From Schmidtea polychroa (Eukaryota), in the NCBI GenBank assembly GCA_044892525.1, contig CM097885.1, positions 23,686,001-23,746,000 on the forward strand: a DNA stretch of 60,000 nucleotides, written 5' to 3'. The notes beneath the pieces were generated by a model, which saw nothing but the letters and a program-made list of their open reading frames with translations, made no database searches and was not told where the DNA came from. The translations under genes and the position numbers were made by a program. Below are positions 26,485 through 39,350 of the stretch, in pieces (the stretch's first letter is position 1; the number at the start of each line of letters is the position of its first letter).

Positions 26485-27555
26485 TCAAGCTCTTCTTTCT
26501 ATATTTTTCTGCGTCATCTGAATAACTCGCTTGTAAACACTAAAGCAGTAAGACTGGGACAGGTAAATTCCATAAAAGCTGATAATAAAAGAAGTTAAAG
26601 CAACAAAAATTAACACAAGCTCAACGACTTCAAGTATGATTAGATTATAGTTAAAAAGTTGAATTCCAAGGAAATAATTTTCCAATTTCTCTTTGCATGT
26701 TGGATGAATAACACTACGAAGCTTTTTTCTACATACAGTGACTGGCGTATTTTCCTTACAGCATTGTATTGGTATCAAAGACTTGTTGAATTTACGAATT
26801 ATGTCCTTGTATGACTTGGCTCCACAGCATTCGAATACCGCCGAGCCAATGGCAATTACGTTGGTTAACTGATCGAAAGCCGTCACAACTTCATCATAAG
26901 TGACGTTTTGAAAATTACAAACCGTACACTTTGTAACTTCAAAAAAACTATATAATTCTACAATAACCTGATTACTGATCCAACTTATTTTATTCTTAAA
27001 ATTAAAAGAAAACTCTAAAATGCTACAGCCAAGTACAAACGCACTGGCACCGAAAATGAAAATAAAAATCATACTTTGCACCTCATAAGCAATAATTCCC
27101 ACAAAACAACTAAAGAGGCTTCCTAAACCAAAAGCGATGTAATATTTCCCAATCCAAACAAAAGATCTCATGGAAGATCTTATTAAATATTGACAAATAA
27201 TCTTAACAGTTTTATTTCTTCCAATTTGATTTTCGAGATTCGGCTGGTTAAAATGTTTCAATATCGGTTGAGGTTTAGGAATGGTCTTTAAGTTTTGCCT
27301 TTCGACGTTGAGCCTAATTCCTAAGATGACTTCATTTTTGCTGTTTAAACTAATATTATTTTTGATAATATATGACAATATTTCTTTTGTCACCAGTTTA
27401 TAAGCGTTGACAGTAAAAATGTCGTTTAATGTAAAAATGACAAATCCGAATGCTAGAATGGCAATTGCAAATATTACGAGGAGAATTTGAAGAAATACTG
27501 CTAAATTCGCAAAAATATAAATTAATTTCAAAATCGAAGAGGGAGGATATTTCAT
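26485..27555 (-). CDS. Intronless tetraspanin-family protein, copy 1
   Basis: Four hydrophobic segments; large extracellular loop with FECCG, PIQCC and a terminal C (PTCKEKL) before TM4; intact 356-aa ORF. Confidence 0.88.
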   Translation of the reverse strand: MKYPPSSILKLIYIFANLAVFLQILLVIFAIAILAFGFVIFTLNDIFTVNAYKLVTKEILSYIIKNNISLNSKNEVILGIRLNVERQNLKTIPKPQPILKHFNQPNLENQIGRNKTVKIICQYLIRSSMRSFVWIGKYYIAFGLGSLFSCFVGIIAYEVQSMIFIFIFGASAFVLGCSILEFSFNFKNKISWISNQVIVELYSFFEVTKCTVCNFQNVTYDEVVTAFDQLTNVIAIGSAVFECCGAKSYKDIIRKFNKSLIPIQCCKENTPVTVCRKKLRSVIHPTCKEKLENYFLGIQLFNYNLIILEVVELVLIFVALTSFIISFYGIYLSQSYCFSVYKRVIQMTQKNIERRA

Positions 27556-28122
27556 TCCTATAAATTATTCATTTAAATTTTAAATATTCAATAATTATTT
27601 ATTTAACAAGGTAATAATGTTTACATTAACAAACACATGCAGATAAGGTCTAAGTTAGGGAGTAGTATAGTGTGGACGGCGGCCTGGGCCACTTTTATCT
27701 AGTTATCATGTGGCTTGTTAAATGGGTTTTTGTTAAAGTGCATCTTTTTTCAAAAAAAATCTGATGTTATTTTTTAAAATGTGTTATGTTTAAATGCATC
27801 GTTTTAAATAGATATTTCGCGCTTTATTTAAATATGTTTATATTTAATTAAGTTTTGTAGAGATAAATTTATTTTCAATTAATTAATTCTTTATTTCAAA
27901 TTAGTTTCTTGTGTAAGAGAGTGTCAATGCTTGAATGGTTTTTATGCGGGTTGCATGTTTTCCCTGGTCTTTACATTTTTATTTTATATGTTATGTGAGC
28001 CTAATTGGTTTAAATACCTCTAAACTAGCTTACTCAGGACCTGCACATAAAATTCAAATTTTGAGGGGAATGACATTTTCCAAATAAAATTTTTACAAAT
28101 ACTCGAAATGGCAGGTAACAGA

Positions 28123-31100
28123 AGTTAAATCCGTCTTTAGATCCATATTTAAATTTCGCAGAAAAATCTTGAAACTAACAATATATATTTATTCAAAGAA
28201 TTTATAAATAACAAGTTTTATTTAATTCACAAAAACCGCCAATTCCAAATTATTAAAACAACAAGATATCTAACTCTCCCCTTCTTAAGACTTTTTCCAC
28301 TTCTTCAGCCACTCGATTCTTCTTTCTTTCGTTCCTTTTTGTGAATGTAGTTCGACTCGATGAGGTGATAGAAATCTGGCGATTTTATATGGGCCATCGT
28401 ATTGCAAGCCATCTTTGTGCCTGTTCTGCGGCTCTTTACGTACGAGTACCTCCTCCCCCACCTCGAAAACACGAGTGCCCCTCTTTGTCTTATCCATAGC
28501 TCTCATAGTGTCTGCGGCTTTACTCGAGTTAAATCTCGTGTCTTCGATTTTTTCGCTTCTTGATATCTCGGCTTGTTTCAGGTTAGAGTGTAGGTTAACA
28601 CTCCGTCCATAAATTATCTCAAATGGTGATAAACCTGTAGCACTTTGTCGACTGCTATTTATAGTGAACTCTATTCTGGGTAGAAGTTCGTGCCAGTTTC
28701 TCTCTTCACATCCGCCTGCCAATGTTGCTGTAATAAGATCTCTTATCGTTCGTATGGCTCTTTCGGGTAAACCATTTGATTGGTGCTGATAAGGTGAGCT
28801 GAATTCCTGTTTGATTCCAAGTTTCTGTAGCTTCTGTCTTAGGAAATTCCTTTCAAAATTTCGGCCTCTATCTGTTAAAATACTCTTCGGTTTTCCAAAT
28901 CGATAGATCCAACTATTAGGTATTGTTTTGAAAATGGTCACTTCGTTTTGCTTTGTGATTGCAGTTAAAGAAATCAGTTTGCTAAAACGGTCCACCATTA
29001 CTACCATATATTTTTTTTGGCGTTTATTTCCATGTAAGCCACATCTATAACAATCTGTTCTAGGAATTCAGAGCTATATCTAGGAATAAATGTTTCCTTG
29101 GTTCTTGTCTGATCGATCTTTCTCTTAGCGCAGATCTCGCAACATTGTAAACAGAGTTGGATTGTTTCTTGCATTTTCGGCCAATAAAATATCTTTTCCA
29201 TATAATGAAATAATTTCTTAACTCCAATGTGACATAGTTCTTCATGTAGCGTTGTTGTTAACAGGCCTGCAAATGTTTCTGGGACTAACATTAAGATATT
29301 TTTGTTCTTTTCTACTGTTATTAATCCTCCATCAATTTGTGTATTTTTTACGTTAAAAGGAAAACAATTCTTTTTCTCCCGTGTACATCCATTTTCCAAT
29401 ATCTCTCGCAGCTCTCGAAACCGAATGTCCTTTTGTTGTTGTTCCCATACTTTTTCCATAGCTTCTGTTCTTTGGATAGTATATATATAATCTTTGATTT
29501 TCCTTCCTTAGCTTCTTCATGTCTTGTTTGACACTGGGTGCAAACCATACTTTTTAATTTTGATAGTCCATCTGCATTCGAGTGTTCTTCGCCTTTCCGA
29601 TATTTTAGTTCAAAATCATATTCCGACAGGTTAGCTAACCATGTTTGGAATTGCGGACTGATTGGCGTTTTTGTAGTGTTCATGAAAACCAATGCCTTGT
29701 GGTCGGTGCAAATTATGAATTTTTCCCCGTACAGATATTCTCTAAAATGCATGACGTATTCATGTACGGCGAGCAGTTCTTTCCTGGTTACACAGTATCC
29801 CTTTTCATGTGATGACATATGTCTCGAGCCATAAGCTATGGCAGATTCTTCTCCATCTTCTGTAATTTGACTCAAAACTGCACCAATGGCTCCGAAACTA
29901 GCGTCTGTGTCTAAGATAAAAGTCCTATCTTCTCTTGGAAAATCAAGGATAGGTGCTTCGCACAACCGTCTCTTCAGAGTTTGGAAGCTCTCATTGCATT
30001 CTTTAGTCCAATGTATATCTTTATCGCATCCAGATGTTGCAGCGTATAATGGTTGGGCGATTTTGGCATAGTCTTTGATGAATCTTCTATAGTAGTTCGT
30101 TAATCTGAGAAAAACGATCTCAATTGTTTTGAACATTTTGGTACTTCTGCTTTCTCGATCTCTTCCACTTTCTTCCTGTTAGTCTGGATACCCTTCTCGT
30201 TAATTGTGTGACCAAGGAAACACAATTATGTTTTATTGAATTTGCATTTTTCTGGATTTATCTTCAGTCCTGCCACTTGAATTCTTCTGAATATTTCCCT
30301 TAATAGCTCATAGTGGTCTTTTTGACTTTTACCATATACCAAGATATCATCTAGATAAACTACTACTCCCTTGAATAGCATTCTTTCTAGCACTGTGTGC
30401 ATCAGTCTCTGGAATGTCGCAGGAGCTGTTGCTAAGCCAAATGGTAGTCTATTGAAGCAAAATTGTCCTTCTCTTGTACTGAATGCAGTCATTTCTTGAA
30501 CTTCTGGAGCCAACTCCACTTGATAATACGCCTGACCTCAATCGATTGACGAAAATATTTTTGCATTCGCGAGACAGTCTAGTAAGAATTTGGTGTTAGG
30601 CATAGGAAATGACTCTGTTATGGAATTTAATCCACGATAATCTACACACATCCTAATAGATCCATCTTTCTTCCCTACTATCACTAACAGGGCATTCCAA
30701 GGACTCTTGCAACACCGAATAACATTAGCTTTCATTAAAGCTTTTAACAGTTCTTCAATCCTTTTCTCCATGTGCATCGGTTGACGTCGAGGATGTTGCA
30801 TTATTGAGCCTCCTGTTATCCGCATCTCATGTCGAACTAAGTTTGTAAACCCCAGATCGAATTTCGATGCCATAAAAATTCCGCCGTATTCCTTGATCAT
30901 TCCTTCAATATCTTTATTATTCTCACCTGCCATCGCCACTAGTGTTTTATTTATTCTTTCTTCATCAGTGTAAATTTTGTTTATCAATGACGTTTCTATA
31001 TTATTGATTTTCATTAACTTTACTCCAAACTCTTTCATTGTATCAATGCCCCATATGAATTCGGGTTTGATCTCTTTTACCACTACTACTGTGATTATTT

Positions 31101-32806
31101 TGGTCTTCTGATTCCACGTGGCCGGTATAGTCATGTATCCCATTGCTTCTTCACCTCCAGTTGAAAAAACTCCGCACAATAATATCATACTACGTTTAAG
31201 TTCTGGTTTGCCTATTTTCTCCCACAAATTCTTGCTCATGACTGTTACTGATGCTCCAGAATCCCATAACATCTCTGTTTCGGCATTATTCAACACTATT
31301 TTACTCCAATTTCTTCCAACTTTCGTCTGGTACATCTCTTCTTCTGCCTCGTCTCTTCGTCGTTCATTTCTTATTTCACAATTTATTGTCTTGACTCCAC
31401 CGACGAAATGAAACCCATGGAGTCGCTGATGTTTTTTCCGTCTTCTTTCAATATAGTATATTTCTCAGGGACATTGTATCTATCTTCCATATTGCTGTGA
31501 TTCATTCTGAAATCCTGGCTGTTCTCGGTGTAATCTCCTGTTTCAGATTTTGAATCTTCTTCTTCTATGCACGCTATTCTTTGATATCGGTGTGGAACAT
31601 CTTTCCGTAACGAAAAACAATCTCGGAACCCGTGTTCTTCCTTGCCACATATCAGGCATTTATTTCCCAGTGGACACTCATACCTTCTATGTCCCCTTTC
31701 GCTACAGCAAAAACAATCACCTACCGTTAATTTTGGGACCGATGCTTGTGGTAGTCCCCTACTTTCGTTGTACAGCCTCCTTGCAATATTCTTCATGAAT
31801 ATTGTTGGCAGCTTCCTTTCTGAGCTATTCGGGATTCTCGTATTTCTCAAGAATTGTTCTCTTGGAGATTGTTCTCGACGACCATGGTTATTTCCTTCGT
31901 ATTGTATTGGTCCGCGTATAGGATGTTCGTCTCTTCTTGATCTGTTGTGACTAAATGGGTCTTCTGATAGTCTTCTTTGTGGTGATGTAGGCATGGGATC
32001 TTGGGTATTCTTTTGAATTCTCATCTTCCCTCCCTCAGTCACGCTAGCGTATGTTCTTTGACCGATTGCTTTAATAAATTCTGTTTTATGGTTTCCGTTT
32101 TTGTTACTTTCAAAGATTTTCGCCAATGATCTCGTTTATTCAATTTTTGTTTCTGGTTTCGTCAATAGTATCTCCCTCAGTCTCGCATCGCGTGCTTTAT
32201 TTGTGATGAGGTCTTGAACAATATCTTCTTCTGATCGTCCTGAATTTACAATTTCAGCAAAAGCTTTTCTTAGCCGTATCTCAAAAGCTGCAAACCGTTC
32301 ATCATCTTCCTGTTCCAAAGCTGCCAATTCTCTGATTTTGTCAGTTATTGATTTTGTAATTGTGAACGTATTTAAGAACCACGCTTTGACTTTTACATCT
32401 GTTATTTCTGTTTGTTTGACGTTTCCCCACAATGTCTTTGCTTCTGCCACTAATAACACATCGGGAGTGCTTGTCAATCGTTGCATATTTATCAGCAACC
32501 ATTCTTATATATCCCTGATCCAATCTTCGGCTTCTTTTAAACCTCGTCCATCATATCGTCTGATGTTCAGTGTGAGCATGTCATGGCATGATTTCGGTAG
32601 GCATTCCATTAGCGATTTTGTCGATTTCGAAATGGCGCTGATATTTTGATTTTCGGCGTGGTCGCCAGTTAAATCAGTCTTTAGATCCATCTTTAAATTT
32701 CGCAGAAAAATCTTGAAACTAACAATATATATTTATTCAAAGAATTTATAAATAACAAGTTTTACTTAATTCACAAAAAACCGCCAATTCCAAATTATTA
32801 AAAACT
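28123..32806 (-). mobile_element. Ty3/Gypsy LTR retrotransposon, full length but decayed, copy 1
   Basis: LTRs at 28123-28275 and 32667-32806 with AGTT...AACT ends; 5-bp TSD ACAGA; PBS TGGCGACCACG; PPT AAGAAGGGGAG. Confidence 0.95.
28285..32690 (-). pseudogene. Gypsy gag-pol (gag CCHC x2, protease, RT, RNase H, integrase), fragmented
   Basis: CFCCSERGHRRYEC/CLICGKEEHGFRDC; LWDSGAS; RMCVDYRGLN; YLDDIL; LDTDAS..NADGLS; HEELCH..CEIC; ILTDRG..SNGLPER. Confidence 0.95.
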
Positions 32807-33039
32807 ACAGAAAATTTTCCTTTAAAATGTGAAGTTGCAATTTCATTGCAGAATATTATTTAAATATGTAAATGTAATTAGTCTAATCGATAAATATTAA
32901 ATAAAAATTATTTCGGTAAAATAATAAACTCTTTTCTATTGTAAAATATATTATAAAATTATATAAAAATTTAAATTAATTTCAGAAAAATAACTGAAAA
33001 CAAAGTACAAGTTTTTGAAAAATACAATTTAAATAAAAT

Positions 33040-33470
33040 AAGATTTGGGAATATTTTTTAAGAGAAAAGGATGGTTAAAGTGACCAATGTAACATATGTA
33101 ATAAGGAACTCCAAATATTAGGTGGATCAACATGTGGACTCCACACACTTCAAATCAGTACACAAAATTGTACTTGAAAATTTTTCTCCAGCTCCATCTT
33201 CAGACTCTGTGTCGCAGTCGCAGCCTATTCCACTTTGTGAATTCTAAACTAGATTTGGAATCGTTTCAAGCAGTCATATCAAAATTAACAGCAGTGGATA
33301 GAATTTCATTGAGATTTCTAACTAAATCTGAGGAATTGAGAAAATCCCTTAATTCCAGAGGATTTCATGTCCCATCACCTCCTCAAATTATAAGACAGAA
33401 TGTCATGGAATATGCAGAAATGATTAAAAATCAAATTAAATTAGAGTTTTTATATTTAAGAAGAAAGGAG
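33040..33470 (+). pseudogene. 5' part of a BED-finger hAT transposase, cut by the duplication junction
   Basis: Same sequence as 48094-48524, then a switch into piggyBac sequence at 33471. Confidence 0.8.
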
Positions 33471-35123
33471 GCGAGTGGTTTTAGATTTGTGCCAACAACT
33501 TGAAGGGAGGAATGTAACAGTTGACAACTTTTTCACTTCTTATGAACTAGGTCAAATATTACTTTCCAAAAAAAAATACTATGATTGGCACTATTCCAAA
33601 AAATAAAACGTCAATTGCTGGAAGTAAAATGCAAAAAAAAATTAATGTGTTGTCCTTCAGAGTACTTTTCACAAAACAAAAGAATTGTCAGGTGGTTCTG
33701 AAAATAAACCTAATATTATATTAGATTATAATGCAACGAAAGGAGGAGTTGATACCTTAGACAAAATGATAGCAAATTACAGTATTCGAAGAAAAACAAA
33801 TAGATGGCCAATTATTGTTTTTGCAAATATATTAGATATATCTATATCAAATGCATTTATTTTATTTACAGTTGTTTGTCCAGATTGGAATATAAAAAAA
33901 TCGAAAGCGAATCTTCATTGAAACCGTGGGCGAATTATTGATAAAAAGAACAAATGACAAGACGGACCCATTTGTCACGAGCGGATAATTGCGAACAATT
34001 TATGTTAGAACAAAAATGCACAACTACATCTCCTTTAGAAGTACCAACAGCAAGGATACGTGGTCAAAAAATAGGTAGATGTCACATTTGTCCAAAATCG
34101 GACAATAAACATGCATTAGAATATAAATATTGTAAAAGATTTATTTGTAAGGCACATTCCTATAACGTATGTAATAAATGTAATAAATAAATAATAAACA
34201 GATAAATCGCTCTTCAGAGCCGGATCTATGGGGGGGGGGGGTGCAAAGGATGCGATGCACCCGGGCCCCCTCTCAAAAGGGCCCCGCCAAACACTTTTAT
34301 CTTTCCACTTTTTTTTATTTATATTTTTAAAAAAATTGCACTCATTTTCCATTTTTTATAATTTTTTTTTTGACAAAAAATAAAAAAAAGATAAAATTAT
34401 TTTTCCAAAATAGACATTACTTTTTTTCGAAAATGGTTGTTGTAATATTTCTGCAGCTGTATGAAAATATAGCAAAGAAAATTCTTCGATTCAATGTTTA
34501 ATGGGTAGGGAAATTTTTAAATTAGATCTAGCATCACTGTTTGTTGCAAATACGTCAAAATTAAATTATTCCGCCATTTTCAAACAGCAAAAAGCAAAAA
34601 TGTAAATGTGCGTCTGTTTTTTTTACTAAAAATAATTAATTTAAAAAGTGATTTATATTAAAATTATAAAATTACTTGTATTTTGTTTTAAATATTTGTG
34701 CAAAACTACTAACGTTTATTTGATTTGTATTTTTTATATGTACATAAATATTTGTTTTTGAATAGAAGTTTTATATTAATATATTATTTTGTTTGACAAC
34801 AGCCACAATGTAAGCGTGACCTTTTTTTTCTAGAAGAAATAATTAATTTAAAAGCAATATTGGTATATTTCTTTTTAGAAAATTGTTTCCGAACAATGGA
34901 TATCAATTTTATATATCAATATATATGAAGATTTTAAAATATATTGTAAATGATCCATTTATCTACATTAATCTACTTTAACTGAAAACTGTCAAATTAC
35001 TGAAAAGCTACTAAAACATATACATTTATTTTTGAATAATTTTTGAATAGACTTTTTATATTTTATAAACAACAACCAAAATGTAAGTGTTTCTTTTTTA
35101 TTAGAAATAATTTATGTATTTAA

Positions 35124-35154
<31 letters not shown>

Positions 35155-38100
35155 AATTATATATATTTATATTTATATTTATACATATTTATATTAAAAC
35201 TATAAAAATATTTATACATATTTCTTTTTTTAGAAAATATCCCTGGAAAACTACTAATGTATATTAGATTTATAGATATACTAATTTTTGAATAAATTTT
35301 GAATAGTAATTTTAAATTATTTTGCAAACAACCAAAATGTAAGTGTGAGCCTTTTTTACTAGAAATAATGAATTTAAAATATTATTATTTTTCTTTTTAG
35401 AAAATTTGTTTTAGCATTGGGATATCAATTTTATATATCAATATATGTGAAGATTTTAAAATATATTCTAAATGATCCATTGTGAGCCTTTTTTACTAGG
35501 ACTAGGACTATTATAAAATAATTTAAAATTATTTATATTTTACAATCTAAACAACAAAATTATGAAAAGGACTTACTTGTCAGGAGCAGAGAAACGGAAA
35601 ATATCAGAACGCAAGCAAATCGAAGACAAAAAGCAGCGTTTCAGTTTGAAATCGTGGTGTCAAAAAAGTTTAGTTCAAGTAAGGTTCCAGTAAGATACGA
35701 TGAAACAGAAACTCAAAATATTATATCTGTGGATGAATATGAAAATAACAATCATACCATAATAGATTTACCGTCACCGATTAGTATTTCTGTTGAAAAA
35801 AACAAAAACCCTACCACAGACGATTTGGCGACTAGTACCGTGAATGATTATTTGTCAGATAATGAACTTCTGGTATCTCCATATGAAGGCAATAATAATA
35901 ATGTTAGTTTAGATGTAAATACGTTTAGTACTGATCCGAATGATTGGGCATTTCCGACATCTTCTGTTTTTAGATCTGCCGTTATTAAGTTAGGCCCAAA
36001 ACAGATAAGTCTTAAAAACTTTTCAAAGAGTAGTAATGGAAGATCATTTTCCAGTCATTATTTGATGAGAACGTTAGTAAATGGTGAGAAACAAAAACGA
36101 ACTTGGCTTCTTTATTTGACCGTTAGAAATGAAGTGTTTTGCTTTTGTTGTTTCTTGTTTGGAACTGAATCAGAAAAAGAAAATCGTTTCATTAAAGGAT
36201 ACAATAAGTGGCAAAAATTATCAGATATTATCCAAAAGCATGAAACTGGAAGTTTTCATATAAATTGTTTCCTGAAATGGAAAAAATTAGAAGATAATTT
36301 AAAAAATGATAACTACAATTGATCAGCTTCTAATTTCATCAATAAATAAGAGGAAACAAGAACTTATTCAGATTCAAAGCAGAATTTTAGATGCTATTAT
36401 CTTTTTGGCCGAACATAATTTAGCTTTTAGAGGTACTAGCGAAAACATTGGAAGTCCGAAAAATGGTAATTTTTTAGGTTTAATTGAATTTTTAGCCAAA
36501 TATGATACGATACTGAACGATCATCTTGAAAAAATTAAATCTAAAAAAATACATATCCACTACCTTTCTAAGACTATTCAAAATCAGTTTATTGTATTAC
36601 TGGCTAATGAGATATCTAAAAAATAATTTCAAAAGTCAGAGTCCAAACATTTCAGTATTCAAGTAGATTGTACGCCTGATATATCCCATAAGGAACAAAC
36701 TACATTAATTTTAAGATACGTTTTTCAGGATCTCGAAGCAAAACAGTATAAAATAAATGTTTTCTAAATGATTAATATTGCGTCTTGTTGAGTGTGACCA
36801 GTACCCTTGCTAGCAATACCCATAGGGGGACAGAATATTTTCTAGAGGCTTCTGACACAACAGGAGAAGGACTAACTAAATTAATATTATGCGAGCTCGA
36901 AAGAAATGGTATTGAAATTCAAAATTGCAGAGGACAAGCTTATGATAATGGTGCAAACATGAAAGGCAAATACAAAGGAGTCCAAGCAAGAATATGTGAT
37001 TTAAATCATCTTGCGTTATATGTTCCTTGTTTAGTTCATAACTTTAATTTGCTTTTATGCGATGCTGCTTCATCCTCTCTACAGTGTAAGAACTTATTTG
37101 GAAATTTACAACGTCTTCATCCACTAAAAGTTGGGAAATTTTAATAAAATACGTACATATAACATTAAAACCTTTGAGTGAAACTCGTTGGGAGGCCAGA
37201 GTCAGTAAAACCTGTAGTATCTCAATTGCCGCTAATACGTGAAGCTTTAGAAGAACTAGCAGCAACATCAAATGATTCAAAAACAGTTTCATAAGCCAAT
37301 GCTATACTAGATTATATCGTAACAATGCCATTTCTTGTATCATTAATTGTATGGAAAAATATTCTAATTGATATCAATAAAATAAATAAAATGCTACAAG
37401 CAGAAGCAGTAGTTCTGAGTGCAGCTATTGGTTTGGTTGATGCAGTGTTAATAAAACTACAAAACTACCGTTCATCACTTTTCGAGGAAGCTGTTAAAGA
37501 AGCTCAAATCATTGCAGAAACACTAAATGTTTCAACAGATTTTCCGGTGATTCGATTGCGCAAAAGGAAACGGTTATTTGATGAAATTTGTAGCGATGAA
37601 ATGCCAGCTGATCCAGTTTTAAATTTTAAGATTTCATTTTTTCTTCGATTAATAGACATAATTTCATATGAATTAGAAAGCAGATTTGCTGATGCAAAAG
37701 CAATTTGCAGCAAATTTAATTTTTTACTTAATTTAAAAAATATATCAGACGTGCAATTACAAGATTCTTGTAAAGAATTTATATCATTTTATACTGGAGA
37801 TGTATCCACTCATTTAATTTCGGAAATTTTTTTGATAAAAACTTTTATTCCAGCAGAATTCGACAGCAAAAATCTTTTGGATGTTTTAAATTTTTTAACA
37901 CCACAATATTCTGATATATTTCCTAATTTTATAATTGCGTTGCGTATATTTTTAACCTTTTCTGTAACTGTTGCTAGCGCAGAGAGATCATTCAATAAGT
38001 TGAAGCTAATTAAAACTTACCTTCGTTCTACTATGGCTCAAGAAAGATTATCGTCATTGGCGTTATTGTCGATCGAAGTAGATGAAGCAAAATCAATAAC

Positions 38101-38697
38101 TTTTAGTCAATTGATATCTGTTTTTGCGGAAGAAAAGGCAAGGAGGCTTAAATAAGAGTTATGTTTTTCGTATTTTTATTTTGGATTTTTATCTTAAATA
38201 AATTTCTATACTATTTACAAAAGTTCAACAAGTTGCAAATGAATTTTAAGTGCAATTTTTTTTATGTTTTTTTTTCGTTATATATTTTTTTGTTGTTTAA
38301 TTATATTAATATAAATAAATAATTATTTTTTCTCTTAAAAGCTAATTATATTTAAAAAAAATCAAGTATTTTTTTAATAGCTGTGAATAATAAAAGTAAA
38401 TAAATAAATCATGTTATTGTATTAATTAAAACTTATTGTTATTTTATTTTATTAGAAGAATAATTTTTTTTGAATGAATGGAAGAGGGCCCCAAAATCAA
38501 AATCGCTTCTTGCACCTGGGCCCCCAAGTGGCTAGATCCGGCGCTGTCGCTCTTTATTATTCCTAAACAGTCAACTGTTACTAATAAAACTAATTTAATT
38601 ATTTGCATTTTGTTTCTTTTAAGTCAACAATTTCTATCTGGGTCGAAAAAGACCCGAGGGACTTTAGTGTACAGTCAATTTAAGGGACGGATGAAGG
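33469..38697 (+). mobile_element. piggyBac 3' half (no left end), copy 2
   Basis: Starts mid-transposase; right TIR followed by TTAA (38698-38701). Confidence 0.93.
34215..38546 (+). mobile_element. hAT transposon, copy 2 (transposase pseudogene 35562-38155)
   Basis: Same TIRs and TCGCTCTT TSD as copy 1. Confidence 0.95.
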
Positions 38698-39350
38698 TTA
38701 ATAAAATTTGTATTTGAAAATTAATTCATAAAAATTTTGATTTAAAATTTTCATTTCTCCAAAGCCGACTATTATTCAAACTTTTGATAATAAATTTAAA
38801 ATTATTACTTTACTTATTACATTAATTTAAAATTTCTAACTTTAATTTATTTAACTTTAAAATTTAGCCTTAAATTGAATTAATTTAACCCTTTATTTAC
38901 CAAATATAGGCATTGATTTACTTAATTTTAAAATTTATAACTTAATTTATCTATTTAACCAATAATTTCACGTGGTTATCTGGTAGTAAGTACTTGGTTG
39001 TTAATACTTAGTAGCTGATAGTTGGTATCTATTTGTAAATACTTAGTTGTTAGTATTTGGTATTTATTTGTGGATATCTAGCTAGTTGTTAGTTAGTTGT
39101 TGAATTATTATTACTATTATTATTAGCAAAATTTGCATTTAAATTTCTCTTTGAAAATTATTTCATAAAAATTTCCATTTAAAATGGCTCTTTTTGTATT
39201 GAAAATTCCAGAAAAAAAGCGTAGCACATTGAGCAATTACGGAACCGTTACGCAAAAAACAATAACAGGAGCAATGGCCCCTTTGGGGGGACCCCACCGG
39301 ATGGTCTGCTCCATGGAGTTACTAACTACCAATTATAATGATACGATTTT

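Larger units (their letters stand above)
18413..33468 (+). repeat. 15,056-bp tandem segmental duplication, copy 1
   Basis: Identical ORF set recurs at +15056/+15054. Confidence 0.97.

Noticed and set aside
28415..32649. Plus-strand ORFs within the Gypsy (and their duplicates; also antisense ORFs at 52713-54735)
   Set aside because: Antisense to recognisable gag-pol or exonuclease sequence
33132..33503. Novel hAT-piggyBac fusion protein at the duplication junction
   Set aside because: The piggyBac part is out of frame and stops after ~10 codons; both parents were already pseudogenes
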